From: Zancudomyces culisetae HAW-14-8
Taxonomy: Eukaryota > Fungi > Kickxellomycota
Assembly: GCA_052426225.1 (NCBI GenBank)
Contig: JBNJNM010000012.1
Location: forward strand, 1,674,001 to 1,738,000
Length of the DNA stretch: 64,000 nt
Reading direction: 5' to 3'
Both the position numbers and the translations under genes were made by a program. Shown here piece after piece: positions 1-14,202 of the stretch; within the stretch, counting starts at the first letter, position 1, and each line of letters opens with the position of its first letter. The notes under the pieces are model-generated. The model searched no databases. It saw only the letters and a list, made by a program, of their open reading frames with translations, and was not told the DNA's origin.

Positions 1-2929
1 TGTAACAGTTAGGCACCTCAGCACTTGCTCATGGATGAGGCTATTTGCACAGAACAGACAGAAGTGGATTGCATCTTTTCTTTGCGTAACCAGCTCACAG
101 AACTGCAGAGTAACGGTGATACCCCGATTTTCAATGTTTTTAGAACATTTTGGCGTACGAATCTAAAATTTATTGCATGAATTTGCTTAAACACCCAGAC
201 TTTTTATTCTGTACTACCAGACGAGAACTATTCATTGAATCGTGTTCCAAATTTAAATCTTTGCAAACTTTCTACGGGGAATGTGATGACTCTCTCTTTT
301 CCAAATCTTCAAGTTTTTTTTTTGTTCAGAACAGAGAAACAAATTTTTTGTAATGAGTAATTTAAGCTAGTGAGAAAGTACGCAATTTCAGATGATTTGT
401 TATTGTTTTTAATGAAATAAAGTTTTTTTTTACTACAACGCAAGACAAAAAAAAGTAACATTGTTGCTGATTGGGAAGAACAAATTAAAAAAAACCAACG
501 AGCTTAATCATTTATGCCTCAAAATTTATGATTATTATTTTTTCACGCTAATTTTAACGATTATCAAACCCAATGCGCTCTATTTGATAACAAATAGGAA
601 AAGTGGCAATGTTCATGCATCAATATTTTCAAATACTGAATTTTACTAGCCAACTGCACTAAAGAAGAATCGTATCCATTACATACTCTTACTAATACAG
701 ACTGTGATAAGAATAAGAATCAAGCAAATTCAACACTTGTTAAGTTTTACAATTCTCGGGTGTGCGGCATTTTTGAAATATGTATTTCCATAAAAGATCT
801 AAAAATCAAATTAGCAAAAAATGCTATTTATTTTCCTAAAAAATAAAGATCGACGATTTATGAGAGCTAAAAGAGCTCAAAACAATTAAACAGCTTTCAT
901 TAGACAATGATGCACATTCAATACAAAAAGATGCAACTGAACACATCTGCACAGTTTCTCCCCAACATAAAATGCCACCACAAAATGACGCCATATCTGG
1001 TAGCAGGGTGGGAGAAAAGGAGGGGTAATAAAGTATAACATATGCTTTGATAAAAATGGTTTCCCTTCTTTAACATGACCAAATGGCAACCCTGTATATA
1101 GATAGATGTTATCTAGTATTATTTCTATTTGGCGCTGGTGATGTTACTCCTGATATCCAAAGGTATTTGTATCAAAGAATACTTAGCGAGTCGCTTTTTT
1201 TTCATTATAAATTGGTACTACGACCAGGAGATTTATATTACCTTATCACACATGATCCGATTTTAATTAGGCTCAAAAGATATATTTAAATAAGTGAAAA
1301 CAGGAAAACCACACTAAAAAGTTATGGCTAAACGGCCATTTTAAAGAAACCAACCAGACACTTTTTAATCGAATTTTTTATTTTTGTTGGGGGGAAGGGG
1401 AGAAAAAAAAAAAAAAAGAAAAAGAAAAAGAAAAAAAATGTATAAATAGTTAGGCGGGTATAAAATATGAACAAGAGCATTGGAAAACATTCATTATACT
1501 TTGGAATTTTACTCCCCCCCACAACGGGTTACAAATACTTGTTCTTTTAAGCGTTATAGTTTTATCTTTGCTAATAGACATTCTTCTAAAGGAAAAAACA
1601 ACTAACCGCAGATAAAAAAAACCCCCAAACTCGTTTCAATGACCCGAATCGAGCATTTTTATTGAGAATCTTAATGTACACCCCAATATATGTAAAGCTA
1701 AAGCTAATGAGTGCACACAGGATTAGATAATGTTAACGTAAATTACCTTTTTCAATTTACCCATATATTGAAATGCCTTGGGTAATTCTTAACATATCGC
1801 ATTCCCATCTTCAAATATATTACCCAATTTATTATCATTTAGTGGTATAAACTCTCAAAAGTAGTAAATTTTCCATTACCTGACCAATGGCTTGAGAAAT
1901 CACCGAAAAAGTAACTTTAGTCATTGAATCCATGCTCTTACATACATACATACATAACAAATACACGTGTTTATCTTTGATAGTGTTTGTTCGATGCAAT
2001 AAAAAAACAGCTTTTAAATCAGGCTACCTATGTGTACAAACCATTACGAATAGGTTTCAATTTCAACTTGAAAAGTGCAGATCTTGGTGATAAAGTTAGT
2101 CACATAAACCGACCGGAAACTAGTATGTCATCTTTTTTTCCACTTTCGCAACAAACAAAAGGCAGGTAATGCTGAATATAGGTACAAGCATCTACCTCTT
2201 TACATACACACAAACACATAATCATAAAAAACACGTGTACCTATCAAATACACATTCACATCTAGGGAATTCTGTGTATAGTTTATTTTTGTACATATTG
2301 AATACACAGGGTACCGTGCGATGTCAAAAAAATAGAAAGTTACAACTACAATAAAACAATTATAGCGAACTATTTTTACTATAACCATTTTTATTTTTAT
2401 TTATTACGTATTCCGAATTATATGATTTTCAAGCGAAAGGGAAATACATGTAACCTTGGATAGGATCAAAATTAACACATGTGTGTACACATGCGGGTAT
2501 ATGTAGAGTTTCTTTTGAGCTTGCAAAGCCAAAGACTCTAAACATTTTGTGTGTGTGTTTGTGTGTGTTAAGCATATGATGAATATGATTCCTAAATGTT
2601 GTATACAAACTCTAGATTTACGAATTCTTTTTGTTACACAAGAGAGTACACAAATTAGAGAGTTTCAAAGCATGATAAAATTCCACTTTTTTTTATATTT
2701 TTTTTTAAAAAATAGCCCAGTGTCAAGATCAATGGGCCAAAATAACGGTTACAATCTTGTTTTGTACTTGTTTTACTTTTTATAAACTAAATCCTCATCA
2801 ATAAATCGAGCTGGGAATGATTTAGAGTGTTTTTGCACCATACAAAAAACACATATTTTATTAACATCAGCGTATATAGCAAGTATTAGAAAAAAAAAGT
2901 AGAAAAAAAAAGGCAAGCAAGTAAGGAAA

Positions 2930-5900
2930 CTATTTGTTGCGGATGTTTACACGGATTTCGGGAATATCGACGTCCTCATCTTGGTCATCAGTTCCACATG
3001 CCACCAAGGTAACATACTTGACGTGCTCAGGAATTGATTTTTTGGAAACAAAAGGAACCAGCTCGGAGATCAACATTGGACGACGTTCCTCAGCCTTCTT
3101 TTTGGCCAGGAAAGGGGAAAAGAGCATGCTAGAACCGGAGGTAAGCATAGATAATTCCAAGCCATATTCAGAAGCAAAGTAATCAATAAGTTCTTGCAGA
3201 GTCTGGTCGCGCTCAATAAAGATGGCGTCCCAGTCAGAAACCATTTTTTCACCAAACTTACGTGTTTCGGGAGCGATGGGTTCGGAAAAGGCGAAGAAAG
3301 GCAAAGCAAGATTGACAAAACCGTTTTTGTAGTCATCGATCTTGTGAGAAGAATCCAAAAGCTTATACAGCTCAAGGCACACCAGACCAGAAACAACGGC
3401 GGTTGTGGTAGCAATTGCAGGGATGATTTTTCCAGCTATTTGTTTTGTGTGGAATCGGTCAGCAGGCTTGATTCCATAGTTTGCAGCACGCAAATTGGAA
3501 GCAGCAGTGACAAAGTCAATGTGGAAGTTTGTGTCATCATCTTTTTCAAAATCTGCAGGAGCCATGCGGAAGGAAGCAAATAGCTCAGTGCTGGGAAGGG
3601 ATGCGATGAGAGCATCGAGATCAAAGTCAGCAGATGTGCCGTCCTCGGGATCATTGTCATTAACTTTGATGACAACGCCGGATTTGGGAACAAAAGGAAC
3701 AGACTGGATGCGAGAAGCAACAAGACGGATATATGCGAGATCACGTGACTGGGGAATGTGGTAGTTCGCAGCATGAAGGTTTGCAGCAGCTAAAATAAAG
3801 TCGAGGTGGTGAGGGTCATCAGGATGGAAGGCAATGGGCGAAGGTGCACGTTTAGGAGGCGACCAAAACAGCTGGCCGGATGTAGTGTAAGAGTCACGTG
3901 GGAAGTTGAACAAGAGCTGTTGGATTGCGTGGTCAAACATCTCGTCAAAGCGACGTCTAGCCCAGATAATACAGTCATCAAATGTCTGCGGCTTGTTTGG
4001 ACCCAGACACGAAATAATCGACTCAAACGTTTCGCGCTGGACAGCATCACCCTGGTGTGAAGTAACACTATCGACGTATGATGGCTGTGATAGATAGGCA
4101 TTGACGTTTTGTGCAGGGACAGAAAACAAGCCTTCAAATTTATCACGTGACCATTGAATGGTGTGCTCTATGGCATTGGGGAAATTATGCAGCGTACACA
4201 TTGGGATGGACTTTTCTGGTGGATCACGTGATGCGGAGTAGGACTCAGTAACAAACGGAATGACAACCTGAGTATTTCCTTTAGACCCAAGTGTGCCTGA
4301 CTCGAGCAAAGGTTTGCAGAAAAACACACATCGTCTGTCCATATACATCCGTGCCTCCATGTTATCCAGCGCATTTGTCACACAGTCCAACGATCCAAAG
4401 AACTCGTCGTTAAATGTTGCTTCAGTTTCGACTCCGACTCGATCTTCGAACGAAAGAATCTTGTTTGTGAGCGCAGGATTCATTCGCACCGCAGCACGTG
4501 CCGCCACAGCGGACTTCAACTCGCCAACATCTGTTGATTTGAACAAAAACTGTCGATTCAGATTACTCTTTTCAATGGTGTCCATGTCTGTAACATTGAT
4601 GATTCCCCGTGGTCCTGTTCCCAACCCCATCATTGCCCAGTTTTTCAACATCTCACATCCAATTGCCCCTGCTCCAACCAAAAACTCTCGATAGTTTTGT
4701 ATCTTTTCGTGATATTCTCGTCCAAATACTGCTATCTGACCATCATATCGTCCTCCGCTTGGCCTGACTTGCTCACTTGTTGGACTAAAGTTTACTGGCA
4801 GGCATTCTAGTGCATCAAAATACATATAGTTTTTAATTGGTGTGAATTTTCCGGTACACGCCTTCAAAACCTCTTGCGCTACAGTGCCTCCAATAACCGA
4901 ATTCATTGGCGCCAAATCTCCCATAGCTTGGTATGACACTTGTGCTACCAACCCCTCATCAATCTCGATCTATTTATACATAAAACGTCATTCTCATTTT
5001 ATCTTGTTTTGCCTTTATATCCTCTTACCTTCTCCAAATAATAAACACAAATGTTACTTACATTTTTCCACGCCTTGTTAATCTTCTGTGCGATTTCCAG
5101 CACTTTCCCCGCATCACCTTTGTCCCATGGCATAGGTAGTCTGTTATACACCTGCCGGAATTCATCCACAGCCCTGAAACCAAGGTGCAACTGGTCTGGT
5201 CTTTCCAGCTTTGAAAAGTCCGTAATCAAATATTCCGGATCCTCTAGTGCTTTGTCCAGCGGTTGGAAATTAAGAAAGACTGGCATGTTGACCTGTCGGA
5301 AGATTCCTCCAGTTTCATACTTTCCGAGGCCAACAGTACTACCAACTGCAAACGTGTATGGTCCTATTCAACACAATACCTCTTTCTTTATATGGCCCCT
5401 ACCTGATATTTAATTGCTCATAAACCGTACTTACCTAAAACCTTAACTTTGCGAGGCTCACATTCGTTTAGCCGTTCCATTCCCTTTATCTCGGAAAATG
5501 TAACATAATCTCCATCATTCAACCCATGTCTGCTCTCATCCAATACTGCTACAACTCCCTCCTCACTCTAATATATAATTTTTTTAGTACATGTGTTAGC
5601 TACATTTCCTCCTCATTATTACTCCAAATGTACCCAAATATTACCTCTTCAATGTTGGCTATGATCCCTGTCAGTGGATTTTCTCCCGTCTGGTCCTCGA
5701 CCGTAAAGTTTGCCCCAAAATCTGTAAATATGTTCCTATTTCGCACAATATCATTCCAATTTACCATCTCTACCCACTTGTCACAATTACTTTGTTTCGT
5801 TCTCATTCTCTATTTCTTTTTGCCTTTTGAAAAAAAAAGCTTTTTACTATGTTGATATTAACTATAGCATCAACTTACGAAAACAAACCATATGTCGTAG

Positions 5901-6782
5901 CGCTAATAAATCTTATTCCCTTGCTATGGCAAAATTCATTATATGCGAGTTGATCCTTGATTGTTGAATCTGTCATTACTACAACCTAGTTGTTCACATT
6001 GTTTGTTAAAGATTTATTTTTCTCGATTTCCAGTTTATATCGTGTTTATAAGGATTAATATGTACCTTGAATTGTTCCAACTCATGGGGTTGAGGTCTTT
6101 GCTCAAGAACAGAGATCTTGACATATGGATTAAGCTCTGCCAATTTGGTTGCCGTAACCTGTGCTCTTGGTTTCCCAATATCCTCTTCAGCCAAGAAGTA
6201 CTATTTTTAAATAGTTTACATGTAAACAAGTGATAAGAAATATGCCCATGTTTATGTTCACACTCATATATAACATATTGCTTTTTTGTATTCAAGGTGC
6301 TATCACTCTCACCCCCACCCCATCCCTACTCCTTCTCTCCCCTTCACTTACTTGAGTTCCCAAATCTTGGACTTTGACACTTTCTGGATCGTGAATGGTT
6401 ATACTTTTAACACCAGCAAGTGCAACGTTTTTAGCTATTTATCATTTTTTTCCCCTTTTATTAGACTGTGATTTCATCTTTACCTATTCGATTTTTCTCA
6501 TCTATCTTGGATATATATTTCTGCAAAATTGTGTGAATTTTACCTATTTCGACACCCAATCCCTTCACCCCGACTATTAAAATATCCGAGGAGCCCATCT
6601 TTTTCATGGCCTCAACTCCCAAGACATACCTATCAAGTTATTCACGACATATTTAGTAATTGAATACATTAAGATTTTTTAAACTCGTTTTATCTAAATC
6701 ATATTTTTTCGTGTATTTACAATTGTCTTGAGTATAATCCCTCATCGATCTCTTGAGGTTGTGCTTTTACTTCCACATCCAT
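2930..6782 (-). CDS. UBA1: Ubiquitin-activating enzyme E1, 9 exons (ATG at 6782; terminal exon ~4969-2930)
   Basis: Manual GT-AG splicing gives [21 protein letters not shown]|[11 protein letters not shown]...[10 protein letters not shown]|[10 protein letters not shown]. The terminal exon has [31 protein letters not shown], catalytic [22 protein letters not shown] and the C-terminal UFD region. Confidence 0.97.
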
Positions 6783-9392
6783 ATCGTTAATCTGTGTTTT
6801 GTTTAATATTTTTCTCGATTGTAGGTAGAAGAGCCTGGATTTTATATATCTTTTCCTATTATATTTATTTTGTTTCCACAAAGTATTTGTGTTTACAGTT
6901 GTTTTTTTTTGTGCGTATTTCTACCCTCTATTTTATTATTTTGCTTGAGTTTGAAAATACTTTTTGTTGCATTTTTCCAAATTTGGTCAGCAATCTGCTT
7001 CGAAATAGAAAAAAAAATTTGAGGAAATGCAAAACTTGGGAATGTGATTTCCCCCTTCCCCCTTCCCTTTTCAGTTTCCTTCCCGTTTGTCCTTCCCAAC
7101 AACGAACTAACTCGGCAAATTGTATGCTGGAAAATTAAACATGTTAATTTTAGCACCCTTTTATTGTTTATACTTTTTCTTGCCCTTGCCACTGGCGAAT
7201 CAAAAAACAGTTAATCGCTGTACAGATCTAATTAACATTAAGTGTGTACATCTTGGAGCGACAAAAATAGAAACCCTCCATTCTTAACTATTTTGGCACA
7301 CAAACACCTCCATCCTATCTCACCTCTTTTCTAAAGGTATATACGCCTATGTTAATCTTTTTCAGATTTTCAATACTAAACATTCAATCCCCTCCTCAAC
7401 GCTCCCACCTATCCTTCTTTTTTGCATTTTTGTTTGTTGGTCAAAATCACCTTCAGAAGATTTGCTGGGTATTGAACATTACTATTGAAGGTTATACCAA
7501 TTTTTTCCTACTACATTCAAGACGCGCCAAGACCAGAAAAAAGTAATTTCGAATTCTACAAACTTGCTAAAGGTTAACAAATACCGATAATTACTTGACT
7601 TACAGAACCACCTATTGGATGTTACTATACACATTTACGTATAATAAAAACTAAACATCATGCTCCTGCTATATTAAGAATAGCCTTTTTAAAGATAAGC
7701 AATGAGAGAGAATATGGAGGAGTATGATCCAAACTCACAATTTTTATATTAATATATTTTTCATGTATTTTTTATTTAAAAATAGGGACAGTCACTATAA
7801 ATTGCTTATGAAAAAGAAATATATAACAAAACGTCATCAATTTTGAACATATAACCGCTTGAAGTAAGCGAATTCTAGTTTTTGTGTTAAATTTGAATAG
7901 TATATCCAGTATTCCAATGTAAAAAAATCAACTACTCCGTGGAAGACGAGAAGAGAACAGAGATATGGTAAGAGTTGGTGTACACATAAAAAAAACACAA
8001 TACTGCTTGGCTACTATCAGCACACAACCCTTGGTCTCTTTAAAAACATAAAGAAAATGCGTCCAATAGCCACTTTGAATATACGTGGTAAGATATATGT
8101 GGCATTTTATCACGAGTTAGTTTTGTCTAATAAACCTTTACTAATATCATTTTCAGTTTTCTTTTGTTTGATGACAAACCAAACATATAATCAGGAACCA
8201 AGAGAAAAATAGGGCGAATACCAAATTAACAGGCTTTTACTATGAACCTGAAGAAAAAGTGGATAAAATTACTTCATTTAAATAATTGTCCCATGTTTGC
8301 ATTCGATCACTGCATATACCATATATGTATTTATTTAATAAAGTAGGGTTAGGGACTATTTTACCATTTTTTTTAACCAGACCCAGAATAGCTTGAAAGT
8401 TACACTAACCAACAATTCTGGTAACTGTAATGACAGTATCTGTTTTTAAGATAAACAAATGCATGTTAAAGCAGTAAATAACATAGCATGACTTTATTTC
8501 AAGGTAAATATTATCGCAATGCTTAAAAATAATACAGTGTCTTCCGAGTTTTGTCTTTTATTTTGCTCTATATCAATCGTTGGTGACACCAGGCTTATAA
8601 TAAAGTTTCTGGAGTGAGAAAACTTTATGTAGAAATATAACTTTATACGAAAAGAAAGGCAAGGTCAGTTCTCAGCCCACAATAGTGTAGTATACTTTCT
8701 AATATTTGCCACACAATTAAAGTTGAAAAGAAAAACCAAAACAAGAATTACAAACCTCGAGTAAAAATGTCGAAAAAGATGTGAAAAAGCCCTCCAACGA
8801 CCAAAATAATTAGGTAAAACGCAATTGTTCAATACTATCGACGATTACAGTTTAGAGCGCGATTACCTTCCCCGAAATGGAGATGTTTTTTTTTCCCAAT
8901 AACACTCTATTTCACACAGAGTCATTATCTATTTTTTTTTCACATAGTTTTTTAGTTTTAACAATTGTGTATTTGTCTACTAGAGTCTGTTCGTTCTCTG
9001 CTTATTATTTCTGTATTTTGAGATGTTATAAAGGCTAGAGCAGACGAAATGTAGTCGAGTATTTACAATCATCTCGTTTCCATGGAGTTATACTTTGAAT
9101 ATGGCTGGTGTGCTTTCAAAAATGACAAAAGAAAAGAAAGTGAAAAAGTCAAAAGTATATTCGCTCATGTGCTGTTCCCATTGGTCCAAGAACAAATCCG
9201 GGTAATTTTTTTCTTTTTTTAATCGCTGCTTTCATTATTGATATAACTGCTAAGTAAAAACTGCATATTCTGCAAAAAAAAAAACAAAACCCAATGGTGA
9301 TAATAGTCGCACTCAATAAATAGGTATATTTGAGGCGCGAGAAAGCAAAAATACCACTTCAACTCTAAACTCTGTTGTAAAATATAATATAA

Positions 9393-11597
9393 ATGTATAG
9401 GACAATTTTAAAGGAAAGGAAAGGACCCATATTAAAGTGGTACTACAACGCAAGTATAGACAGGATTAGCGGAATTGAGAATGCCGTGGAAAAGTACTTG
9501 TCATTGTTCAAGAGCGTGGAAAAATTCTATGTCAAAGTAAAAAGGGTATATGAATACGAAATAAAAGATGTACTACAACTAGAAAATTTTAATCGAATCA
9601 CTAGCACGCAGGAGAATGTGTCGTTAGAACCATATATAGAAATTAGCAAAATGATAAACGAAAGCGAGAACAGGATAAATGAGCTGGCAATACGAAGGGT
9701 TCAAAAACCAATTATGATACTAGAGGGCGTCTTAAGCTCCGTAAAGCAGATAAAAGGCAGTTATATGGTAAAAATAAACGCGGAAAAAAACGATGAACAG
9801 GAACTGCTCAAAGAGTTGGTAAAACTCTATGACGATTTTGTTCATAGTACGGAAATGAGTGCTGGATCAGGCAGTGAAAAGAGAACGAAGGATCCTTATG
9901 TGCTAAAACAAACACTTTTGAATTACCGCGAAAGGGCTGTTGCAAAAAAGGAAAGGGAAAGTAAAGTTATTGAGCGCGAATTGGTGAGATATAAGGATCT
10001 GGACAAATCGCTTTACAGACGTATTTATGACGCGGTACAGCTCTTTGTTGCACATCAAATGGTAATGGATCGTCAAAGCGCGAAAAAATGGAATGTAGGT
10101 ATATTTGAATTTGGTGAAGATGAATATACGAAGCAATGGGAGAGCTTTGAACAGACGATTATGGAGGAACTGGACAAATATTCACGCGCCACTGAGAGTT
10201 TTGCTGAGCAAATATTGCAGGCCATAAAAGATCATCCGTTGACACAGGTGATACATAAGGGGCCACTCTCATATAGTGTTGGAGATAACTATAAATCGAG
10301 AAAAAACTGTATTGTAGTGTTAACTAAATGTGGATTTATGCACTTATTTCACCCAACAATACCTGAGAGAAATAACAAGCCGAACATACTGTTTTCGATA
10401 AATTTGGCGGAGTCTATACTGAGTGACCGTGAAAGCACAGATTTAGCTAGATCGGTGTTTAGTTTGACTGAAAAATCAATAAGATCGTATATTGGGATTA
10501 GACAACGATATTATTTCTATTTAGATTCGTTTGAGGAGATGGTTAAATGGTGGGATCTCATACACAACCTTCAAAGCAATGGAGTAGACGATGCTTCCGG
10601 TAAATCAGATCAAAGTACGAATAAAAGCACAGATTCTACTAAAGAGAAAGGTGAAACAGAAAATGCTAGCAAAGATAGAACGGAAAAGCTGGAGCCCGTT
10701 TCCCATCAAAATCACGAGAAAGAACTTAGCGGGAGTCTAAGGCGGGCTCCAAAACCGCTACCTCAACCAAGGTTGAAAAGATCAGGAGTACTGAACCAAA
10801 ATGATTCTAAAGTCAGTGAAGAGAAGCATGTTGAAATAAATAAAATCGAGAAATATGGGCATGGCAAGTCTCAGGAAACCCTAAAGGAACCAAAGGAAGA
10901 TCTTGTCCACGATGTATCTAAAGATCATTTACAGAAACATCCAAATCCAAATTCAAATCCAAACCTAAATCCAGACCCATCACCATCATTATCTCAGTTG
11001 TCGTCATCAACATCTTCGTCCGTTTCATTGGCTGCATTGCCGTCATCACCAACTAGCGGTACTCAGACTGAAAAAGGAATGGACGTACCTACAACCAACA
11101 GTGATAATAGAGCTACTAAAAACGCTACAAATCGCACACCAGCTTTCAGTCAAATGTATACACCTGTTTACATTTCATCACAGGTTCCCATCAACGCATC
11201 ACTACCGACTTTCCAGTTACACCCCAACGCCGCGCTTAATCCTAATGTGCTGGGAAAACAGGCAGGTGTCAGAAATACCAAACAAAATGGTCAGCATATT
11301 GGCGGTCATGGTGGTTTAGGTGGCTTTATGGGGATTGGTCAGCCCATGTACGCATACGTCAATACTCCAGTTCCATATCCGTTTGTTGTGCCTGCTCCGA
11401 TGAATATTGCGCCACGCCAAGCGTACTATGCACCCGGAGTTGTTTTGCCACAACAAAACTATTTGCAACCAGGCCCAGGTGGCCTTTCTCGCAGCAATTC
11501 AGCAAGATATTCCGACGGTGTTCAGATCTCCGAAGACTTGGGTGATAATCCTGGATTGATAGAAGTTTCACCCAATCCTATAATCGAAGAACCGTGA
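9393..11597 (+). CDS. Slm1-like BAR-PH domain protein with low-complexity Ser/Pro C-terminus (divergent paralogue)
   Basis: 734-aa intronless ORF. A helical N-terminus precedes a PH pattern: VIHKGPL...CIVVLTKCGFMHLF...YYFYLDSFEEMVKWWDLI. Same architecture as 41896-44313. Confidence 0.75.
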   Translation: MYRTILKERKGPILKWYYNASIDRISGIENAVEKYLSLFKSVEKFYVKVKRVYEYEIKDVLQLENFNRITSTQENVSLEPYIEISKMINESENRINELAIRRVQKPIMILEGVLSSVKQIKGSYMVKINAEKNDEQELLKELVKLYDDFVHSTEMSAGSGSEKRTKDPYVLKQTLLNYRERAVAKKERESKVIERELVRYKDLDKSLYRRIYDAVQLFVAHQMVMDRQSAKKWNVGIFEFGEDEYTKQWESFEQTIMEELDKYSRATESFAEQILQAIKDHPLTQVIHKGPLSYSVGDNYKSRKNCIVVLTKCGFMHLFHPTIPERNNKPNILFSINLAESILSDRESTDLARSVFSLTEKSIRSYIGIRQRYYFYLDSFEEMVKWWDLIHNLQSNGVDDASGKSDQSTNKSTDSTKEKGETENASKDRTEKLEPVSHQNHEKELSGSLRRAPKPLPQPRLKRSGVLNQNDSKVSEEKHVEINKIEKYGHGKSQETLKEPKEDLVHDVSKDHLQKHPNPNSNPNLNPDPSPSLSQLSSSTSSSVSLAALPSSPTSGTQTEKGMDVPTTNSDNRATKNATNRTPAFSQMYTPVYISSQVPINASLPTFQLHPNAALNPNVLGKQAGVRNTKQNGQHIGGHGGLGGFMGIGQPMYAYVNTPVPYPFVVPAPMNIAPRQAYYAPGVVLPQQNYLQPGPGGLSRSNSARYSDGVQISEDLGDNPGLIEVSPNPIIEEP

Positions 11598-13077
11598 TTG
11601 TTTCGTGTTCTTTTATTTTCTTCTTTAGTACAACTTTGCTATATTTCAAACCTCCTAGTTATTTCGGATCTGTAATCAAAATTGTATTTTTTCCAGTCAG
11701 ATAAAAGGGGATAAAGAAAAGGAAGAAACCTTGATGTTTTCAGACCTTCAGAGACAACTTTGATTTCAAACATCCGTAGAATCGTTTATAGCCTTTAAAT
11801 TTCCACTATTGGTGTTGTTACATTTTGCACAGTTCAAAGATACACAACATATTGAATAGAATCAATCACTTTATTTTTAATGACATCAGCTTGGTACAGC
11901 TCTTATTTGAGTGGTGATGGTAATACTATGCTAGTGTCAATGATAACATCGGTAGTTGTGAAGGCCTGTGTTGTAAATATATGTGTTTTTCCATTTCTCA
12001 GTTTATAAAGCATAATTTGGCTTTAACTTTCTTGCTTGATATTAACCTTGCTCAGTTGTACTCATAGGATCACTATATAATTTATCGGATGATTGCTACA
12101 CTGGAGTGGATTTATTCACCCTCTCTTTTTTATTATTGATGTTATAAGATTTTATTTAACTTGCCCTTCAAGCATGTAAACAACGCAAACGGGCTTGGGA
12201 ACTATAGTAACATACTGCTTTCCCCGTAACCAATTATAAATGTATATGGAGTGGAATCACACGGGGGAGGGGGGAGTATCAGGACTATTTTAATTGGTGT
12301 TATGAACAATTTTTTTTGTTTGTACATGCAATTGAAATTGTATTACCAATCTATCCATGTTAGCTAAAATGTAATTATATTTTGATGAACACTGCGCAGA
12401 AGCAGTTCACATAATGTATTTACGTATCTAGATGACACACTACTACACACTTTATTCATGATAGAAATGAAGTACCCCGAAAAAAACAGTCTAATAGTGA
12501 ATCAAATACTGTATTCTCTATTACTAATGTAATGGGAGGTTGTGATTCTATTGCTCATAGCATCGCATAAACGTAACATAGTAAGTGACATTTTAAGATC
12601 ATCTTGTTCTGGAATTAACAATGTAATTTTAGCTAACACAATTAATAAAAATAGACTCTAGATAGTGAGTCAGATGATATAGAAATAATTCTTACCTAAT
12701 GATTATTTTTTTTATTATCTGGTTTTAATCACAAGTGGGGGTTTGTAATATGTCAGCAATACCATCAAATTGCATATCACTTTGTTTATTTTTTTTAGTA
12801 TACAGGACTTGGTTTACCATCATAGTTCGATGATGAAATTGAAGTGAAAATATCCGCAATATACTTAGCTTTACTAAAATACCAGCTGCGGATTTCCTGC
12901 ACTTTAATGTTTATGAATATATTTCAAGGATGTTTTTAATATAAATACTAGGCTATTTTCTCTGAACTCTCAAAATAAATCATCAAGTCGATTTAGAACA
13001 TCTTACAATATAGTTATTACTATAATAATAACAATAATAATAATAGAAAAACAACCTTCAAAAATACAACAGAAAAA

Positions 13078-13275
13078 ATGGATTTCCGTAGCGGACTAGC
13101 AAAGAGTTTCATAAAGAGCATTGTTGCCAGTGAAATTGTAGAGAAGAAAGTTGCAGGAAGCATCAAGAGTAACCAGAGCTCTAAAACCATCACCGAAAAA
13201 TATCGCCCTGCAACTAAAGTAGACTACTATTTTACATCTGGACATATTTATGAAGCAAGAAGCTATGTCTATTAG
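13078..13275 (+). CDS. Possible small protein (65 aa), unknown function
   Basis: ATG in an A-rich context (agaaaaaATG) and coding-like composition within an AT-rich intergenic stretch. No recognisable domain. Confidence 0.3.
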   Translation: MDFRSGLAKSFIKSIVASEIVEKKVAGSIKSNQSSKTITEKYRPATKVDYYFTSGHIYEARSYVY

Positions 13276-14202
13276 CGAGACAAACGGATAAAAAGAGTTG
13301 GTTTTTTTTTTGAAATCACTATCTATTGTGGTATACAACAAATATACTGATATACATGTGATATAACAGTAGTTTACCTATGTGATTTAATTGAACTATG
13401 AATACTTTAATCTTGAAAAACTATCAACTGGATGCAAATATGGAAAAAATCATACCAATGTAAACACAAAACAGTCACATCTAGTTAGGTAACTTATGGA
13501 TGCACTTGGAAATATTCTCTATACCATAGCTATACACTCACAAAAACTGATGTTGTAGAGGTTTGCGTGCCATGGGTGTATAGTTATCCTTTAATAGCAA
13601 TTGGGCTTTGAAAATTTCAATAGCTTAATCAATAACTGTGTTTGATAATGATTTTGGATCAATGTACTTTTTCCACTATAATTTATTAAATAAATATCAC
13701 ATCCAGTACTACAAAGAAAATAGTTCTACTCAATATCCGTTTAACCAATTCCTCTCTATTACTCTAGAGACTCCATATCTACTAGGGGTGGGGATGGGGG
13801 GTTGATTCAAGATATTTATTCTTGTTGACATATTCTATCTAAAGAATCTCGCTATGTTTAGTTCAACCACAGGAGTAGTACTTTGGGTTTCTCTTTTCTT
13901 TAATGGAAAAGTAATGAGTCCTTTTGACACCCCTCCAAAGATTCTATCTACAGAAAAAAAAAATTCTGCCATATTTCAACTCTTGAACTATAAATACTTA
14001 TGGGAGTATGTTCCAGAGACAAGAATCGCAGTGCTCCTTCTATTTACTGCCATGAGAATGTTTTTCGACCGTTCATTCTCTTAAATAACTCTAGTTATTG
14101 ATTAATTTATTTTTTAAATTCCCATACTCCACCTTACATTGTCACTTTTTCATCATAAATATGTTTTTCAAGCAACTCATACGACACCATCTTTCCAAAT
14201 CG

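Noticed and set aside
1-1940. Short coding-like fragments and possible splice signals
   Set aside because: Could not assemble a consistent frame or recognise a family; may be a gene tail or relic.
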